64,000 nucleotides of DNA from a virus, in IMG/VR virus record IMGVR_UViG_3300013939_000002, positions 1 to 64,000 of that record; one strand, given 5' to 3'. The position numbers and the translations under genes were made by a program. The notes under the pieces were generated by a model. It was given only the letters and a program-made list of their open reading frames with translations, had not been told where the DNA came from and did no database searches. This document shows positions 61,670 to 64,000 of this stretch, one piece after another (position 1 is the first letter of the stretch; the number at the start of each line of letters is the position of its first letter).

Positions 61670-61984
61670 ATGTTTGTTGATTTTAGTTTTCATTCCCGAC
61701 ATCTAGAAGAAATTGTTTGTGTTGAAGCAGAGATTGATTATAAGACACCAGAACCAAACAACGATGCCAGTGATCATGACAATTATGGTGGCTTTATTAT
61801 CAATACTATTGAACTTTACAACCAAGGATCTAATCCACAGCGAATTTATGCAACATCTGAAAAACAACGAGAACTATTGGATCTTGAAGTTCGTGCACAA
61901 TTGAACAAACATGTTCGAAGTTTAGATGTTGAAACTTGTCTGTATGATATGGATGTTCCTTTCTTGTTTGGAGAAGATGAATAG
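61670..61984 (+). CDS. hypothetical protein
   Basis: Track ORF. Confidence 0.6.
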   Translation: MFVDFSFHSRHLEEIVCVEAEIDYKTPEPNNDASDHDNYGGFIINTIELYNQGSNPQRIYATSEKQRELLDLEVRAQLNKHVRSLDVETCLYDMDVPFLFGEDE

Positions 61985-63258
61985 TGGAATCTAACAAACC
62001 ACAAGATCCTTTTAGTTTGATGGGAACAGGGCAGAATTGTTTGATTGTAGGAAGCGGTGGTTGTGGAAAAAGCACACTAATTAAGACGCATATGGATTTC
62101 TTTGGTGATAATACATTGCTTTCTGCTCCTACTGGAATTGCAGCATTTAATGTTAATGGTTCTACAAACCACAAATCATTTGGTTTAGGTTTTGATGTTT
62201 TCAAACAAGATTCTGTTTTGTCACTTAAAAAGAAGAAACACATCAAAGAGGTTCTATCATCTAGAGCATTAATGACATGGATCGGTGATGAAGTCGGAAT
62301 GTTAAGAGCAGACAAACTTTCTGAGATTGACAGAATTCTTAAACATTACCGGAATAACAATGAACCTTTTGGTGGAATCCAAGTCTGTTTGTTTGGAGAT
62401 CCTTTGCAACTAACACCTATCTTGAAAGATAATGAGAAACGAGATTTCTATGATAATTATAGATCTCCTTATTTCTTTGACAGCCCTGCTTTCATTGAAG
62501 CAAACTTTCAAGTTCTTAAGTTGCAAACTGTTTATCGACAATCTGACCCAGAACAAATAAAAGCTCTTAATAATCTGAGGCTTGGAGAAAACTTAAAAGA
62601 AACACTAGAATTTTTTAATGATGTCTGTTATAATAACAAATCTCGCAATCCAGAGGCATTAACATTGGCTGCACGGAATGCAGAAGTCGATGCTATTAAC
62701 GGTTATGAGCTATCAAAGATTAATTCTCCACCGCAAAGCTACTATGCTAAGCGCCTTGGAGATTTCAAAGAAACACCTGTTCCAGAACAGTTAGCATTAA
62801 AAGTTGGTTGTCGTGTTATGATTTGTGTTAACAGCATTGATTCTAGTGAACCTTATTTCAATGGCTCTTTGGGAACAGTCAAGAAAATCAACAGAGATTC
62901 TGTTATTGTAACCTTAGATGATTCTGGAAAGGATGTTTATATTGATAGTTATACTTGGTACAATGTTGAGAAACGTCATAGCAAGCGTCACAACAAGCTT
63001 GTAGACCATAGAGTAGGTGAGTATCAACAGTTGCCTTTGCGCCTCGCATATGCGATTACAGCTCATAAATCACAAGGATTAAGCTTACCTTCTGGTTTTG
63101 TTGATTTAGGCAACAAACCTTTGTTTGCAACAGGACAAAGTTATGTTATATTGAGTCGGTTTACAGATTTGGAGAATGTTTGTTTTAGCCGACCATTAAC
63201 AAAACTGGATGTTAAATTAGACAGATACCTTATTGATTGGTATAACAGTATCGGGTAA
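61984..63258 (+). CDS. SF1 DNA helicase (Dda/RecD/Pif1-like)
   Basis: GTG start; Walker A GSGGCGKST, LFGDPLQLTPI, YAITAHKSQGLS. Confidence 0.9.
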   Translation: MESNKPQDPFSLMGTGQNCLIVGSGGCGKSTLIKTHMDFFGDNTLLSAPTGIAAFNVNGSTNHKSFGLGFDVFKQDSVLSLKKKKHIKEVLSSRALMTWIGDEVGMLRADKLSEIDRILKHYRNNNEPFGGIQVCLFGDPLQLTPILKDNEKRDFYDNYRSPYFFDSPAFIEANFQVLKLQTVYRQSDPEQIKALNNLRLGENLKETLEFFNDVCYNNKSRNPEALTLAARNAEVDAINGYELSKINSPPQSYYAKRLGDFKETPVPEQLALKVGCRVMICVNSIDSSEPYFNGSLGTVKKINRDSVIVTLDDSGKDVYIDSYTWYNVEKRHSKRHNKLVDHRVGEYQQLPLRLAYAITAHKSQGLSLPSGFVDLGNKPLFATGQSYVILSRFTDLENVCFSRPLTKLDVKLDRYLIDWYNSIG

Positions 63259-63289
63259 TATTTATAACAAAAGAACATAAGAGGATTAA

Positions 63290-64000
63290 ATGAGTAAAGA
63301 TTCAGGATCGATGATTGGTCACTATCATTGTATTGCAAATGAGGTTGAAGGAAAACGAGGGTGTGCAAGCGGAGACGCTTTAGCTGTATATGAGCATATT
63401 ACTGATTCAGGAGTTGAATATGACGGATACTGTTATTCATGCTGTCAGCACTTTACAGTATCACAAGTTCATAATTCATCAGTTGCTGTTAATTTGGGTA
63501 TCAAAGATGGAGTTGTTGTAGACAAGAAAAACTTCATTCGTAAACCAAAAGCCGAACCAATTACACTTGAAGAAGCAAAGAACTTTATTAAAAAAATTGG
63601 TTATTTTTCCAACGGTTATCGTGGAATTAAGGATGAATACAATAAGTTCTTTGGTCATTTGACTAAAGTCGATTCTAATGGTGTAGTGATCGCACAATAT
63701 TATCCAGAAACACAAGACGGAAAGATCGTAGGTTACAAATGTCGTAATCATCCCAAAGATTTCCGTTATGGTAAACTCGGTCAAACAGGCATAATGTCAG
63801 ATTTAAGTGGTGAAGTTAAATTTAAATCTGGCGGTAAATACGTTTTAATTGTTGGTGGTGAATGTTATTCCGAAGACACCGAAGTTTTAACAGTAAATGG
63901 TTGGAAGTTTTTCAAAGACTTATCATCAGATGACCTTGTTATGCAGGTGAATAACGGAATTGGTCAGATGGTGAAACCTTTAAGTTATATTAAAAAAGAA
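63290..64000 (+). CDS. T7 gp4-like DNA primase(-helicase), 5' part, interrupted by an intein; runs off the window
   Basis: ATG 63290 after AAGAGGATTAA; frame open to the window end (not in track); Zn finger HYHC..C....CYSCC, YRGIKDEY, Toprim YVLIVGGE. Confidence 0.8.
   Translation, partial: MSKDSGSMIGHYHCIANEVEGKRGCASGDALAVYEHITDSGVEYDGYCYSCCQHFTVSQVHNSSVAVNLGIKDGVVVDKKNFIRKPKAEPITLEEAKNFIKKIGYFSNGYRGIKDEYNKFFGHLTKVDSNGVVIAQYYPETQDGKIVGYKCRNHPKDFRYGKLGQTGIMSDLSGEVKFKSGGKYVLIVGGECYSEDTEVLTVNGWKFFKDLSSDDLVMQVNNGIGQMVKPLSYIKKE
63863..64000 (+). mobile_element. intein N-terminus inserted after the primase Toprim glutamate (partial)
   Basis: LIVGGE|CYSEDTEVLTVNGWKFFKDL matches the intein block A pattern C-x-x-x-D/T-x-V-L-T..G. 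Confidence 0.7.

Overview
AT-rich 64-kb segment of a tailed dsDNA bacteriophage genome covering nucleotide metabolism, replication and early genes; no virion genes are recognisable. Tdk and the CCA-adding enzyme look enterobacterial-type, so the host is probably a low-GC gammaproteobacterium (inference).

Layout: a plus-strand block (1-32.1 kb), a ~1.9-kb ORF-free convergence zone (32.2-34.1 kb), a minus-strand block (34.2-59.0 kb), a divergent promoter region (~59.0-59.3 kb), then a plus-strand block to the window end.

Recognisable genes: DNA ligase, MazG, FEN-type 5'-3' exonuclease, RuvC-like resolvase, Endo VII/HNH nuclease, SleB-like hydrolase, dNMP kinase-like, HAD nucleotidase, ThyX, N6-adenine methyltransferase, NrdA/NrdB/glutaredoxin, NrdD, M15 endolysin, PhoH, two HslV-like Ntn hydrolases, Tdk, UvdE-like endonuclease, CCA-adding enzyme plus two further Pol-beta-fold nucleotidyltransferases, a MoxR AAA+/VWA-metallopeptidase pair, an SF1 (Dda/RecD-like) helicase and a T7 gp4-like primase.

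Selfish elements: a LAGLIDADG intein inside ligase motif I, a second intein at the primase Toprim glutamate (truncated by the window end), and an ORF-less T4 td-like group I intron in nrdD.

Most unusual items:
- A 421-aa ORF carrying the full T/DxxGR-A-B-C motif set of Pol I/T7-RNAP-type polymerases, translationally coupled to the CCA-adding enzyme and an RlaP-like nucleotidyltransferase.
- An orphan plus-strand promoter/terminator unit (candidate ~0.47-kb ncRNA) inside the minus-strand block.
- A dispersed intergenic repeat family whose two best copies are inverted and bracket ~8 kb.
- The ORF-free convergence zone, with nested inverted repeats and strong strand asymmetry.

Four independent reading-frame disruptions (two in nrdD, one at ~9.6 kb, one at ~51.3 kb) may be assembly indels rather than biology. 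No tRNA, rRNA or CRISPR array was found. Many genes start with TTG or GTG behind strong AGGAG-type ribosome-binding sites. All coordinates and alignments were derived by eye.
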